In this document: positions 47,404 through 57,852 of the stretch, one piece after another | How the letters are laid out: each line of letters starts with the position of its first letter | Numbering within the stretch: the stretch's first letter is position 1 | DNA from: an uncultured Lachnospiraceae bacterium | GTDB lineage: Bacteria; Bacillota; Clostridia; Lachnospirales; Lachnospiraceae | NCBI GenBank assembly: GCA_946535225.1 | Contig: CAMNDJ010000001.1 | Span: forward strand, 12,331 to 76,330 | Direction of reading: 5' to 3' | Length of the DNA: 64,000 bases | The notes under the pieces: model-generated | The model's database searches: none | What the model saw: only the letters and a program-made list of their open reading frames with translations | What the model was told of the DNA's origin: nothing | Program-made: the position numbers and the translations under genes

Positions 47404-48882
47404 ATGGGTAAGGGATGCAGAAATGCACTTATTGCTATGTTCATGAGTATACTTATCCTACCCTCCGTTATATGGGGGGCTCTTAACGTGCTTGATGCCG
47501 CCGGAGTGCTGTCGATTTCCGATATCGATGTTGATACCGGAGAGAAGAGAGATAAAGCTGAGTTGGACGGGATCGAAGAAAAAAGCGATACGACGGAGGT
47601 TCTTACAGAGTATTATAATGACAGACTGCCGTTCAGATCACAGATAATACTTCTTAACAGAAAGATCAATTCCCGGATGGAGAGATCGTATAAGGCGTAT
47701 GTGGACAATATCTACAGCGGTGGAAGGACTGTGGAAGATATGGTGGTGCAGGCAACGGTCACGGCACCTCTTAAAGATGATGATGCAACAAAAACCGAGG
47801 CCGTAACGCAGGTACAGGATTCATCGGATATAAAGGAAACTGAGAAAAGCGAAGCGGTGACAGAGGAAGCAACAGATACTGAGGAAACTGAAGAAACGGC
47901 AACAGAAACAGAATCCTTAGAAGAGCAGATATCGGAACAGGAAAGTGTGCCTGAAACGACGGAAGAAGAGAATGTATACGAAGAAGTGGATATCAATGCG
48001 CTTCCGTATTTCCCCATGAGGATATATAACGATCAGGTCATAGAAGGCCGCGACGGATGGCTGTTTTACGGCATAAAAACTAACAGGGATAATTATGAGG
48101 GACGTGCGATACCCGGACAGCAGCAGCTTGAAGAATATGCAAAGATCATGATTGCGACTAAAAGCGCATGTGATGATACAGGTAAGGAGTTCAGGGTGCT
48201 TATCTGTCCCGACAAGGAGACTATATATCCGGAGTATTACCCTACGGTTGAATTTGCTTCAGAGCTGAGAAGACCGCAGGTTGTGTATGAATATATGAGA
48301 TCTGTGACTGATGTGGATTATATCTATCCTCTGGCAGAATTAAAGAGTGCCAAGAAGGTTTGCCGATTGTATTATGCCTACGATTCTCACTGGAACGGTG
48401 CGGGTGGTTATGTAGGATCAAAGAGCCTGCTTGAGAGTCTCGGAATACAGATGAAGACTTTGAGCGAGTGTAAACCCGCTGAGTTTGTCCCCGTGTCGGG
48501 TGATCTGGTGCTTTTGGGTAATCTGGATATTGCGGATTACGGCAATGATGTGGATTACTATATAGACAGCGATCCGTATCACAGTATAATGACGGTCAGT
48601 GAACTTGCTGAAGACGGCAAGGTAGAGGAATATGTTTCTTCGGCAGATGATCACAGGAAGTTAGTGATCATAGGTGATTCGTACAGTGAACAGATGATGA
48701 AGTATCTTACGGATGTATTTACGAAGGTATTCTTTGTACATAAACTGTCTGTTGATACTGAAGCGGCCCGGGAAGCCATAAAGAACGCGGATATCATAGT
48801 CATCGAGTCCGTGGAGCGAAATGTTATGACTGTTACCGAAACGGCCGGATCGGTGATGAGACAGTTGCAGGCGGAGGAATAA
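47404..48882 (+). CDS. AlgJ/AlgX/DHHW-type SGNH-like O-acetyltransferase component
   Basis: N-terminal TM, 'EKR', 'GRDGWLF', 'PDKETIYPE', and D-x-H (DSHWN) preceding GDS, the permuted order of AlgJ/AlgX. Confidence 0.8.
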   Translation: MGKGCRNALIAMFMSILILPSVIWGALNVLDAAGVLSISDIDVDTGEKRDKAELDGIEEKSDTTEVLTEYYNDRLPFRSQIILLNRKINSRMERSYKAYVDNIYSGGRTVEDMVVQATVTAPLKDDDATKTEAVTQVQDSSDIKETEKSEAVTEEATDTEETEETATETESLEEQISEQESVPETTEEENVYEEVDINALPYFPMRIYNDQVIEGRDGWLFYGIKTNRDNYEGRAIPGQQQLEEYAKIMIATKSACDDTGKEFRVLICPDKETIYPEYYPTVEFASELRRPQVVYEYMRSVTDVDYIYPLAELKSAKKVCRLYYAYDSHWNGAGGYVGSKSLLESLGIQMKTLSECKPAEFVPVSGDLVLLGNLDIADYGNDVDYYIDSDPYHSIMTVSELAEDGKVEEYVSSADDHRKLVIIGDSYSEQMMKYLTDVFTKVFFVHKLSVDTEAAREAIKNADIIVIESVERNVMTVTETAGSVMRQLQAEE

Positions 48883-49733
48883 TGAGAGTAAGGTTTCATA
48901 TAATAGTGGTAAGCTATGATCCGGGAGAGAAACTGAGAAAGACTCTTGATAGCATATACTCTCAGGATTACAGAGATTATGACGTGATCATCGAGGACAG
49001 TGAGTCTGATGACGGTTCATTGACTTCGCTTAAGGATGAAGGCTTCTTTGATGAAGATCTGAAGGCAGACAGAACGAAGATATTCATAGAGAAGGACAGA
49101 GGAATATATGACGGCATGAATCTTGCTCTTGGCAGGATAGATAAGGGTACTGCGGATGTATCCGGACAAACGGCGGAATATGTCCTGTTTCTTAACTGTG
49201 GAGACACACTTCATGACAGACAGGTTCTCGGTGTCATAGCAGATCATGTGATCGAGCAGACTGAGGACAGACTGTGCATCTACTATGGGGATCAGTACGA
49301 CCTTATGAGGGAAACAACAGTATCCTCCAACAGGAGACTCAATGAGTTTGCGCTATACCGTAATATACCCTGTCATCAGATATGTTTCTACGATCTGCGA
49401 CTGTTTGATGAGAGGGGATATGACTTGCGTTACAAGGTAAGAGCCGACTACGAGCATTTTTTGTATTGTATATACAGAAGATCTGCGACAGCAGAATATG
49501 TGGATGTGATCGTATCTGACTATGAGGGTGGCGGTTACTCGGAATCTGATAAAGGAAGAGAATTATCCGAAACAGAGCATAGAATGATAACGAAAGAGTA
49601 TATGGGAAGAAACGCTGACAGATACAGACGGCGCCTTATATTGACAGGTGCAGGATTAAGGACCAGACTTGCAGAAAGCAGAGCATTCTCAGGATTGTAT
49701 AATAAGATAAAGACTTTGGTATACAGGCGATAG
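48882..49733 (+). CDS. Glycosyltransferase family 2 (WcaE-like)
   Basis: EKDRGIYDGMN, FLNCGD, CHQ and ADYE. Confidence 0.85.
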   Translation: MRVRFHIIVVSYDPGEKLRKTLDSIYSQDYRDYDVIIEDSESDDGSLTSLKDEGFFDEDLKADRTKIFIEKDRGIYDGMNLALGRIDKGTADVSGQTAEYVLFLNCGDTLHDRQVLGVIADHVIEQTEDRLCIYYGDQYDLMRETTVSSNRRLNEFALYRNIPCHQICFYDLRLFDERGYDLRYKVRADYEHFLYCIYRRSATAEYVDVIVSDYEGGGYSESDKGRELSETEHRMITKEYMGRNADRYRRRLILTGAGLRTRLAESRAFSGLYNKIKTLVYRR

Positions 49734-49755
49734 TGCCGGGCATAAGGAATATATT

Positions 49756-51072
49756 ATGAAGATTCTTTGGGTTTGCAACACTCTGCCGAGGATGGCGGCA
49801 GTAGCGGCCGGTTTACGGATCGATAATAAGGAAGGCTGGTTAGACGGGGCCTTAAGGGGGATCATCTCCTATATTACTGAGCAAGATGGCAGGGATATGG
49901 AGATAGCCATAGCATACCCCGGTGATGTTTCGGCAGATAAGAGCGCTGTTTCCGACCATAAGGAGATCATCCCGGGTAAGGGAGTGTGCATACGTCTGTA
50001 CGGCTACAGTGATGACAGGAAGGATCCGCACATATACAGGGACGGATTGGAGAAAGAGTTCGAAGATATCATAAGAGATCTTGATCCTGATATTGTTCAT
50101 CTTTTCGGAACGGAGTACGGTCACAATCTGGCTGTGGGCAGGGTGATAGGAAGGCTTCGCAGAAACGGAAGCAGTATAAAGCTTCTTATCGGTCTTCAGG
50201 GTATCATATCCGAGTGTGCGCGGGTATACTCAGACGGGGTGCCTTATAATGTGCAGAGGAATAAAACTTTCAGGGACAGACTGCGTGATGACAATATCTT
50301 AAGACAACAGCAGAAGTTCATGCAAAGAGGTGAATTTGAACTTGAGGCGATCACCTATGCCACGGATATAACGGGCCGGACGGAATTTGACCGGGAGTGG
50401 AGCAGGACTCACAATCCGGCGGCCGTATATCATCACTTGAATGAGACCTTACGAGAGGAATTCTACGAAGGAACATGGGACCTTACAGAATGTGGCAGAC
50501 ATGTCATATTCATGAGCCAGGGAGATTATCCTCTTAAGGGGCTGCATAAGATATTAAAGGTCATGCCGGATATTCTGACAGATTACCCTGATGCCAGGCT
50601 TGTAGTTGCGGGTATGAACATAACAAAGAGAGATACTCTTAAGGATCGTATCAAGATGAGCAATTACGGCAAGTACCTGACTGAACTCATTGCATCAGGC
50701 GGACTGCAGGACAAGGTGACGTTTACCGGTCCGCTTGATGCCTCGCAGATGAAGAAGATGTATCTTGGAAGTCACGTATATCTGTGTGCCAGTTCCGTAG
50801 AGAATTCTCCGAATTCGATGGGTGAGGCAATGCTGCTCGGACTTCCGGTCATTGCTGCAAGAGTGGGAGGGATCCCTTCGATGATAGAGGACGGCAGTGA
50901 AGGACTTCTCTATGACAAAGAGGATGAGATAAAGGACATCCTTCATAAGATATGGGATGATGATGCATTTGCAACAGAGCTTGGAGCAGAGGCGATGAAC
51001 AGGGCTTACAAGACCCATGATCCTGCGACCAATATGAACAGACTGCTGGAGATATATAATGAAATCGGTTAA
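49756..51072 (+). CDS. Glycosyltransferase family 4
   Basis: HLFGTE, PLKG, ENSPNSMGEAM and VGGIP. Confidence 0.88.
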   Translation: MKILWVCNTLPRMAAVAAGLRIDNKEGWLDGALRGIISYITEQDGRDMEIAIAYPGDVSADKSAVSDHKEIIPGKGVCIRLYGYSDDRKDPHIYRDGLEKEFEDIIRDLDPDIVHLFGTEYGHNLAVGRVIGRLRRNGSSIKLLIGLQGIISECARVYSDGVPYNVQRNKTFRDRLRDDNILRQQQKFMQRGEFELEAITYATDITGRTEFDREWSRTHNPAAVYHHLNETLREEFYEGTWDLTECGRHVIFMSQGDYPLKGLHKILKVMPDILTDYPDARLVVAGMNITKRDTLKDRIKMSNYGKYLTELIASGGLQDKVTFTGPLDASQMKKMYLGSHVYLCASSVENSPNSMGEAMLLGLPVIAARVGGIPSMIEDGSEGLLYDKEDEIKDILHKIWDDDAFATELGAEAMNRAYKTHDPATNMNRLLEIYNEIG

Positions 51073-52342
51073 GATAACCATGGTATCCAATTATATAAAT
51101 CACCATCAGATGCCCTTCTGTGAGGCTGTCTGTGAACTGAAAGGAAGCGACTTTAAGTTCATTCAGACTACCGAGATGGAGCAGAAGAGGATAGATATGG
51201 GATGGTTCGTGGATCCGGCGAGTCTGACATATGTGATGACATCATACGATGACGAACAGGCATGCAGGGAGAGGATAATGTCATCTGACATACTTCTGAT
51301 AGGTTGGATGGAGGATGAGTCGCTCATAAGACCGGCTCTCGAAAGATCAAGAAAGAAAAAGCATGCCGGTGACAAAAAGGGACAGCTCATAATCCGAATA
51401 AGTGAGAGACTCTACAGAGAGGGCCAGTGGAAGGCGATCTCGCCAAGGGGACTCATCCGTAAATACAGAGACCATATAAGATACCGGAAAGCGGATGTAT
51501 ATCTGCTGTGCAACGGTGCGTTTGTTGCATCGGATTATGATCTTATAGGTGCATACAGAAATAAGATGTTCCGTTTCGGATATTTCCCAAGGAGCAGGTA
51601 TTTCTATAATGAGAGCGATCTGTGGAACAAAAAGCCCGAACTTAAGAGGGTGAGTATCGAGCACTCGGAGGAATTGCCGGGAGAAGTGCCTGTTTTAACA
51701 CAAAATGAAGTAAGGATCATATGGGCAGGACGCTTTCTTCCGCTTAAGCATCCGGAATACATGGTACAGCTTGCATCCGATCTTGTAAGAAGAGGTTACA
51801 GATTCCATCTTGACATGATAGGCTCGGGTGAGATGGAAGAGGAACTGAAGGCCTATGTAAGGGATGAGATGATAGAGGACTATGTGACCTTTCACGGGTT
51901 CATTCCTCCGGATAAGGTTCGATTCCTGATGGAGCGCAGTCATATCCATGTTTTTACCAGCAACTTCTTAGAAGGCTGGGGAGCGGTCTTAAATGAATCG
52001 ATGAACGCGGGATGTGCGGTCGTGGCCAGCCGAAATGCAGGGGCATCACTTTTCCTCATAGATCATGCGAGGAACGGACTGTTGTATAAAGACGACAGCT
52101 ATGAGGATATGGTGGAACAGGTGCTCCTTCTTTTGGAGAACCCCGAGAGCATAGAACAGTACGGAAGACAGGCTTATGAGACGATATCAGGTCTTTGGAA
52201 TGCGCAGGTTGCCGCGGAGAGACTGATGGATTTCTATAACGGATTTATGAACGGAAGGATAGAGCCTCCGGTGGAGGGGCCTTTTTCCGAGGCGCAGATC
52301 ATAAAACCCGGTTTCTGGAATACGGGTAAACTCAGGGAATAA
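51059..52342 (+). CDS. Glycosyltransferase family 4
   Basis: SNYINHHQ, WAGRFLPLKHP and EGWGAVLNESM. Confidence 0.88.
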   Translation: MKSVKITMVSNYINHHQMPFCEAVCELKGSDFKFIQTTEMEQKRIDMGWFVDPASLTYVMTSYDDEQACRERIMSSDILLIGWMEDESLIRPALERSRKKKHAGDKKGQLIIRISERLYREGQWKAISPRGLIRKYRDHIRYRKADVYLLCNGAFVASDYDLIGAYRNKMFRFGYFPRSRYFYNESDLWNKKPELKRVSIEHSEELPGEVPVLTQNEVRIIWAGRFLPLKHPEYMVQLASDLVRRGYRFHLDMIGSGEMEEELKAYVRDEMIEDYVTFHGFIPPDKVRFLMERSHIHVFTSNFLEGWGAVLNESMNAGCAVVASRNAGASLFLIDHARNGLLYKDDSYEDMVEQVLLLLENPESIEQYGRQAYETISGLWNAQVAAERLMDFYNGFMNGRIEPPVEGPFSEAQIIKPGFWNTGKLRE

Positions 52343-52351
52343 CGTATAAGT

Positions 52352-53374
52352 ATGAATGCAGACAGATCAGTATCCATCATAATACCGGTTTACAATATTG
52401 AACGTGACCTGCTTACAAGGTGCGTTGAATCCGTCGTAAGTCAGGACTATAAAAATTTAGAGATCATCCTTGTGGACGACGGATCGACTGACGGCTCGGG
52501 AAAAGTGTGCGATGAACTTGCTTTCATCTACGGCAAAAATGAAGCGGTAGGAGATCCAAGAGATATCAAGGTGATCCACAAACCAAACGGCGGATCGTCG
52601 AGTGCAAGAAATGCCGGTATCGAGGCATCAACGGGTGCATATATTGGTTTTGTTGACTGTGATGACTATGTCGACACAGGTTTTGTATCGCTCATGATCT
52701 CTGCGATCGAACGATTTGATGTTCCCATGGCTCAGATATCCAGGGATGAGATCGATGCTGACGGCAGGAGACTTCCTGATGTCTGTATACCCCCAAAGAC
52801 AGAGAAGGTCGTAACGGGAGAAGAACAGATGAGAGAACTCCTTATGCACAGAGGTGACTGCAGTTTCTGTACGAGACTGACCGACAGGAGACTCTTTGAC
52901 GGACTGAAGTTTCCGGAGGGTAAGCTTAACGAAGATTTTCTGCTCATGATACGAATGCTTCCGTCTGTAGAGAAATATGTGATACTACCGGATCAGGCTT
53001 ATCATGTATACTATCGTATCGGAAGTAATTCAAGGAGCGGAGATAAGGAAGTGTTCAGAACGGTATTCATGGACATAGTGGATAATTCAGATACAGCCAT
53101 GAAACTGGTAGAAGAGCGCTATCCTGCGCTTAAGGAAGAGGCGGCAAGATTTGCTTTCCGTCAGAGACTCGATTATCTGCTTCACATTCCGGTGGGAATG
53201 ATGAATAAGGATAATGAGTTCTATCGTAATGTTGTTAAGTACCTTAGAAAGAATACGGGCAGCATGATCTGCAACAGATATCTGACTGGAAAAAACAAGT
53301 TGTATCTTTTACTCTTATCTGTCGCACCGAAACAGGTAAGGCAGATACATAAAAAGATAAGAGGAATAGATTGA
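52352..53374 (+). CDS. Glycosyltransferase family 2
   Basis: IIPVYN, VDDGSTD, NGGSSSARN, FVDCDD and NED. Confidence 0.9.
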   Translation: MNADRSVSIIIPVYNIERDLLTRCVESVVSQDYKNLEIILVDDGSTDGSGKVCDELAFIYGKNEAVGDPRDIKVIHKPNGGSSSARNAGIEASTGAYIGFVDCDDYVDTGFVSLMISAIERFDVPMAQISRDEIDADGRRLPDVCIPPKTEKVVTGEEQMRELLMHRGDCSFCTRLTDRRLFDGLKFPEGKLNEDFLLMIRMLPSVEKYVILPDQAYHVYYRIGSNSRSGDKEVFRTVFMDIVDNSDTAMKLVEERYPALKEEAARFAFRQRLDYLLHIPVGMMNKDNEFYRNVVKYLRKNTGSMICNRYLTGKNKLYLLLLSVAPKQVRQIHKKIRGID

Positions 53375-54123
53375 CAGTTATGGATTCGATATATATGATC
53401 GTCCCCGCTTACAATGAGGCGGAGAATATAGGCAGAGTGATCGAAGAATGGTATCCGGTCTTAGAAAGATGCAGTTCAGATCCCGATTCGAGACTGATTA
53501 TAATCGATGACGGAAGTACTGATGATACATCTAAGATCGCAAGAGGATACATTCAGAATTATGACAGGCTGGAAGTCATAAGCAGGAAGAATTCCGGACA
53601 CGGAGCAAGTATTTATTACGGATACGGATATGCCATAGAGCATGGGGCAGACTATGTCTTTCAGACGGATTCGGATGGTCAGACCTCTGCTTCGGAGTTT
53701 GAGGGATTTTGGAATGAGAGAAATGACAATGATGTCATAATAGGCGACAGGTATAACAGGGGTGACGGAGTAGCGAGACGTTTTGTGTCCCGAAGCCTAA
53801 GACTTGTGATCAGAGTGATCTTCGGCGTCAGGGCCTGTGATATCAATACACCGTTCAGACTTATGAGCAGGCAGGCACTGACAGATGCCCTGGCTTATCT
53901 GCCGGAAGGATACAACCTCACAAATGTGGCACTGACGGCAGTCTTTGCATCGATGGCTGAAGGAAAACTCGGTGAGGATAAGAGGATAAGACTTAAATAT
54001 CTGCCCATTACTTTTAAGCCCAGACAGGGTGGCACAAACAGTATAAATATCATTAAGATCATTAAACTCGGGATCAAAGCGATAAGAGAATTAGGAGATA
54101 TCAGAAAGAAGATGTCTGTATGA
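53371..54123 (+). CDS. GT2, dolichol/polyprenol-phosphate glycosyltransferase-like (soluble)
   Basis: PAYNEAENI, DDGSTD, NSGHG, QTDSDGQ, DINTPFRLM and RQGG. Confidence 0.85.
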   Translation: MTVMDSIYMIVPAYNEAENIGRVIEEWYPVLERCSSDPDSRLIIIDDGSTDDTSKIARGYIQNYDRLEVISRKNSGHGASIYYGYGYAIEHGADYVFQTDSDGQTSASEFEGFWNERNDNDVIIGDRYNRGDGVARRFVSRSLRLVIRVIFGVRACDINTPFRLMSRQALTDALAYLPEGYNLTNVALTAVFASMAEGKLGEDKRIRLKYLPITFKPRQGGTNSINIIKIIKLGIKAIRELGDIRKKMSV

Positions 54124-56798
54124 AGACGGAGTATCTCAAACAAAAACTTAATCCGGTCCACATAGCAGTCTCGTTTATCGCGGCTGCAGTCTTCTATGTC
54201 ATTTTGATGGTTGTCTGCGGGATCACGCCATTCGGTGAGAATACCTGGCTCGCTTTTGATATGAAGCGTCAGTACGTGGATTACTATGCTTACTACAGGA
54301 CTATCTTAAGCGGTGAGAATAATGTGTTCTATTCTTTCAGTACCGCTTTGGGCTCAGGCATGATAGGATTCTTTACTTATTATCTTACAAGCCCGTTCCT
54401 TATATTGACAGTTCTTTTTCCGGTTGATAAGATGCCCCTTGCCATATCACTGATCATCGGGTTTAAGCTTTCGGCAGCTGCAGCCACATGCGATATCATG
54501 CTTCAGAAACTGTGCAGGAGAAGCTCTTATATCTGCGCACTGGCTTATGCGTTCAGCGGATATATGCTTTCAAATTCGATGAACGTGATGTGGCTCGATG
54601 TTCTCTTGCTGCTCCCTGTCGTTATCATTTTTACCGAGGTACTGTTACATGAAGGTAAACTGCTCGGATATACATTAAGTGTTGCTCTTATAATCTTTCT
54701 GAATTATTACATTTCCTATATCACACTTCTGTTTGTGGCACTATGGTCAGTCGGCAGACTGTTTATGACAAAGAACAAAAATTTCCAGGAAGTCATCTTA
54801 AGGCTTGGGATCGCCACCGGGGCCGGCGTAGGCATAGATGCGTTTATCATAATACCGACCCTCATTGAACTGCGTAACAGTCCCAAGGACATATTAGACA
54901 GCAGTCTGGCATCCAAAGGAGAGGATATAGGCTTAAGGCAGGTCGTATCCAAGTTGTTCCCGATGTCATTTGATTCCCTGGAGATCTATTGGGGCAAGCC
55001 TTTGATATTCTGCGGAACCGTAATCCTCATACTTACGATCATGTACTATCTGAACAGGCGGATACCCTTAAGAGAAAAAGCGGTAATGGGAGTGCTTAAG
55101 CTCATACTTATAGTATCTTTCATGTTCGATGATATAAATCTTATTTGGCATGCAGGGATGGAGCCTTCCGGTTATCCATACAGAGAAGCGATAGTATTTG
55201 TACTTTTGATGATCATATGCTCATGCAGAGCATTGTCTGAATTAAGGGAAGGAATGAGTGTAAGAGGATGGATAGCTTCTGCCGTTATCCTCGGAGCGCT
55301 TATGTATTATGCTTTTGTATTCCCTGCGACATACATGTATCCCTGGAAGATCAAACTGAGTATAGCAGCAGCAGTTTTGTTATTCATGCTTCTTCTGTTA
55401 TATGTCAAATGCAATAAACGTCTTGTGTATGGTGGAGTCGCAGTACTGATCCTGCTCATTCACGTAGCTGAGCTTGGAAGTAACGGTATATATACCTACA
55501 ACATGGAATCAATGATGAGTGAGAAAGCTTCACCGTTCATGAACAAGGTCGATGATGTGCACAAGGCGGTTCAGTATATCGAAAACAGCGATAAGACTTT
55601 CTACAGGATAGAGAATCTGACCCCGAGACAGCAGAATGATTCGATGATGCATGACTATAAAGGAGTCACTCATTACAGTTCGGCAGGACTTACATATGTA
55701 AGGTATTTCCTTCAGAAAATGGGTTATAACGATGACAGCCTGTATACGGATTACGGTCATGACAATACAGAAACGGCGGATTCGATCCTCGGAGTAAAAT
55801 ACATAATGAGTGATGGTTCGCTTGGAAAAGAGATACATCCGGACTACGAAAAAGTAGCAGACGGTAATGTTTCCGTATATAAGAATCCTTATGCGCTTCC
55901 TGCAGCCATGGGAGTCTATCGCGAGATGAGCGGAGAGGCTATGGATCCTTTTGCGCTTCAGGAAGATATATACGGAAGGCTTACAGGAGAACCGGTGAAT
56001 ATCTTTGTTCCCGCAAATGTGGATTATACTGAGAGCGACAGCAGCAATCCCGTGATGGAATACAGGGTGATCACGACACAGGACGGAGAACTGTATTTCT
56101 ATATGAGCGGTCTCATAGGAATGTTCAGCAATCTTGAGGTTTATGTCAATGATGAATTTCTGACTTATTACGGCAATGATTCATGCTTAAAGGTACTAAA
56201 CCTCGGATATCATAAGAAAGGTGACTATCTTATGGTACATGTTATCGCCAATGATTCGGGTGAATTCGGAAGTGCGATATTTGTAACGGAGGATACTGAA
56301 GCGCTGAAGGAAGCATATGATAAGACCGTATCAAGACACGCTACGGTGGAGCAGTTAAGCGCATCCAAACTTGCAATGACACTTGACAGTGCATATACTG
56401 TAGGAGATGACATAAGCGGAGAGGTCGGAGTGTTTACGACCATACCTTACCAGAAAGGCTGGAAGGTCAAGGTCTGCGGGGTGAAGGTGGAACCGGTCGA
56501 GGTATATGATTCTCTTATGTATATACCTGTGACAGAAGCACTACAGCAGGTTGAACTCGGTCCCGATGAGAATCTGAGGATCGAATTGGAATTTATCCCC
56601 GAGGGCTTTGTTGTGGGCGTGATAGTGAGCATTCTTACGCTTGCCGTCATTATCCTTATGGCTTCCATTCGCAAGGGCGAAGCGAGCTTCTTCGGTGATA
56701 TGGACGAAGAATACGAGGAAGAAGCAGATGAACCGATATTCCCTGAGGCGGATGCAAATGATGGCAAAGAACAAGCCGGAAAGGTAACTGATGAATAA
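54120..56798 (+). CDS. YfhO-family GT-C membrane protein 1
   Basis: PFG...D..RQY, 'YYLTSPF', 'NYYISY', 'FYRIE', 'HYSS', 'GVKY' and 'TIPYQKGW', plus a final TM. Confidence 0.88.
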   Translation: MKTEYLKQKLNPVHIAVSFIAAAVFYVILMVVCGITPFGENTWLAFDMKRQYVDYYAYYRTILSGENNVFYSFSTALGSGMIGFFTYYLTSPFLILTVLFPVDKMPLAISLIIGFKLSAAAATCDIMLQKLCRRSSYICALAYAFSGYMLSNSMNVMWLDVLLLLPVVIIFTEVLLHEGKLLGYTLSVALIIFLNYYISYITLLFVALWSVGRLFMTKNKNFQEVILRLGIATGAGVGIDAFIIIPTLIELRNSPKDILDSSLASKGEDIGLRQVVSKLFPMSFDSLEIYWGKPLIFCGTVILILTIMYYLNRRIPLREKAVMGVLKLILIVSFMFDDINLIWHAGMEPSGYPYREAIVFVLLMIICSCRALSELREGMSVRGWIASAVILGALMYYAFVFPATYMYPWKIKLSIAAAVLLFMLLLLYVKCNKRLVYGGVAVLILLIHVAELGSNGIYTYNMESMMSEKASPFMNKVDDVHKAVQYIENSDKTFYRIENLTPRQQNDSMMHDYKGVTHYSSAGLTYVRYFLQKMGYNDDSLYTDYGHDNTETADSILGVKYIMSDGSLGKEIHPDYEKVADGNVSVYKNPYALPAAMGVYREMSGEAMDPFALQEDIYGRLTGEPVNIFVPANVDYTESDSSNPVMEYRVITTQDGELYFYMSGLIGMFSNLEVYVNDEFLTYYGNDSCLKVLNLGYHKKGDYLMVHVIANDSGEFGSAIFVTEDTEALKEAYDKTVSRHATVEQLSASKLAMTLDSAYTVGDDISGEVGVFTTIPYQKGWKVKVCGVKVEPVEVYDSLMYIPVTEALQQVELGPDENLRIELEFIPEGFVVGVIVSILTLAVIILMASIRKGEASFFGDMDEEYEEEADEPIFPEADANDGKEQAGKVTDE

Positions 56799-57795
56799 TC
56801 TACATGGTTCGATAATAATAACATACAGATGTAATGCGCACTGCAATATGTGCGATTGTTTTAAGGATCCTACAAGACCGGAAGAAGAGATCGATCTTGA
56901 GACACTTAAGAAACTCCCGGATATGGCCTTTACCAATATCACGGGCGGAGAACCTTTTATCAGAAAGGATATACAGGATATCGTGGAGTTGCTGTATAAG
57001 AAGACTCCGAGGATAGTCATCTCCACCAACGGATATTTTACCGACAGGATCATTGAACTGTGTGAGAGGTTTCCGGAGATAGGCATAAGGATATCCATAG
57101 AAGGGCTTGAAGAGACAAATAATGCGATACGCGGGCTTCCTGACGGCTTCAACAGAGGATACGGAACACTTAAGAAACTCGTCGAGATGGGGCATAAGGA
57201 TGTCGGTTTCGGAATGACGGTCCAGGACATGAACTGCAAGGATCTGGTTCCTCTTTATCACATGTCCTGTGATCTGGGTATGGAATTTGCTACGGCCACC
57301 CTTCATAACAGTTTCTATTTCAGAAAAACGGACAATAAGATAGACGACAAATACAAAGTCGCACAGGCTTTTGAAGAACTTATCAACGAATTGCTCGCGA
57401 GTAAGTCTCCCAAGAAATGGGGAAGAGCATATTTTAATCATGGGCTTATCAATTATATTTACGGACAGCCAAGGCTGTTGCCCTGTGAGATGGGCAGTAA
57501 CGGATTTTTCTTAGATCCGTACGGTAATGTGTTACCCTGTAACGGCTCGACAGAGAAGATGTCCATGGGCAATCTTCATGACAGTACATGGGATGAGATA
57601 TGGACGGGGCAGCAGGCTGCAAAAGTGAGGGAACAGGTCAAGCACTGTGAGAAGAACTGTTGGATGATAGGTTCTGTATCGCCTGCCATGAAACAGAGGA
57701 TATGGGTACCCGGATGGTGGGTGATCAAGCATAAGATATTTAAGGGCGGACACTACAGTTTGAGCGAGAATAAGTTTATAGAGAAAAATAGCTGA
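56791..57795 (+). CDS. Radical SAM enzyme with SPASM/twitch-type C-terminal domain
   Basis: CNAHCNMC (CxxxCxxC), TGGEPF, STNG, 'PCEMG...DPYGNVLPCN' and 'CEKNCWM'. Confidence 0.88.
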   Translation: MNNLHGSIIITYRCNAHCNMCDCFKDPTRPEEEIDLETLKKLPDMAFTNITGGEPFIRKDIQDIVELLYKKTPRIVISTNGYFTDRIIELCERFPEIGIRISIEGLEETNNAIRGLPDGFNRGYGTLKKLVEMGHKDVGFGMTVQDMNCKDLVPLYHMSCDLGMEFATATLHNSFYFRKTDNKIDDKYKVAQAFEELINELLASKSPKKWGRAYFNHGLINYIYGQPRLLPCEMGSNGFFLDPYGNVLPCNGSTEKMSMGNLHDSTWDEIWTGQQAAKVREQVKHCEKNCWMIGSVSPAMKQRIWVPGWWVIKHKIFKGGHYSLSENKFIEKNS

Positions 57796-57852
57796 CATTG
57801 TGGTAAAATGTCGGATGTAGGTTTAGGACCGATATAAAGAAACGAAAATGAA

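Noticed and set aside
56541-57441. 232-aa and 213-aa minus-strand ORFs
   Set aside because: Antisense to the radical SAM gene and the end of yfhO1, with composition typical of shadow frames. The same applies to the many other short antisense ORFs in the track.
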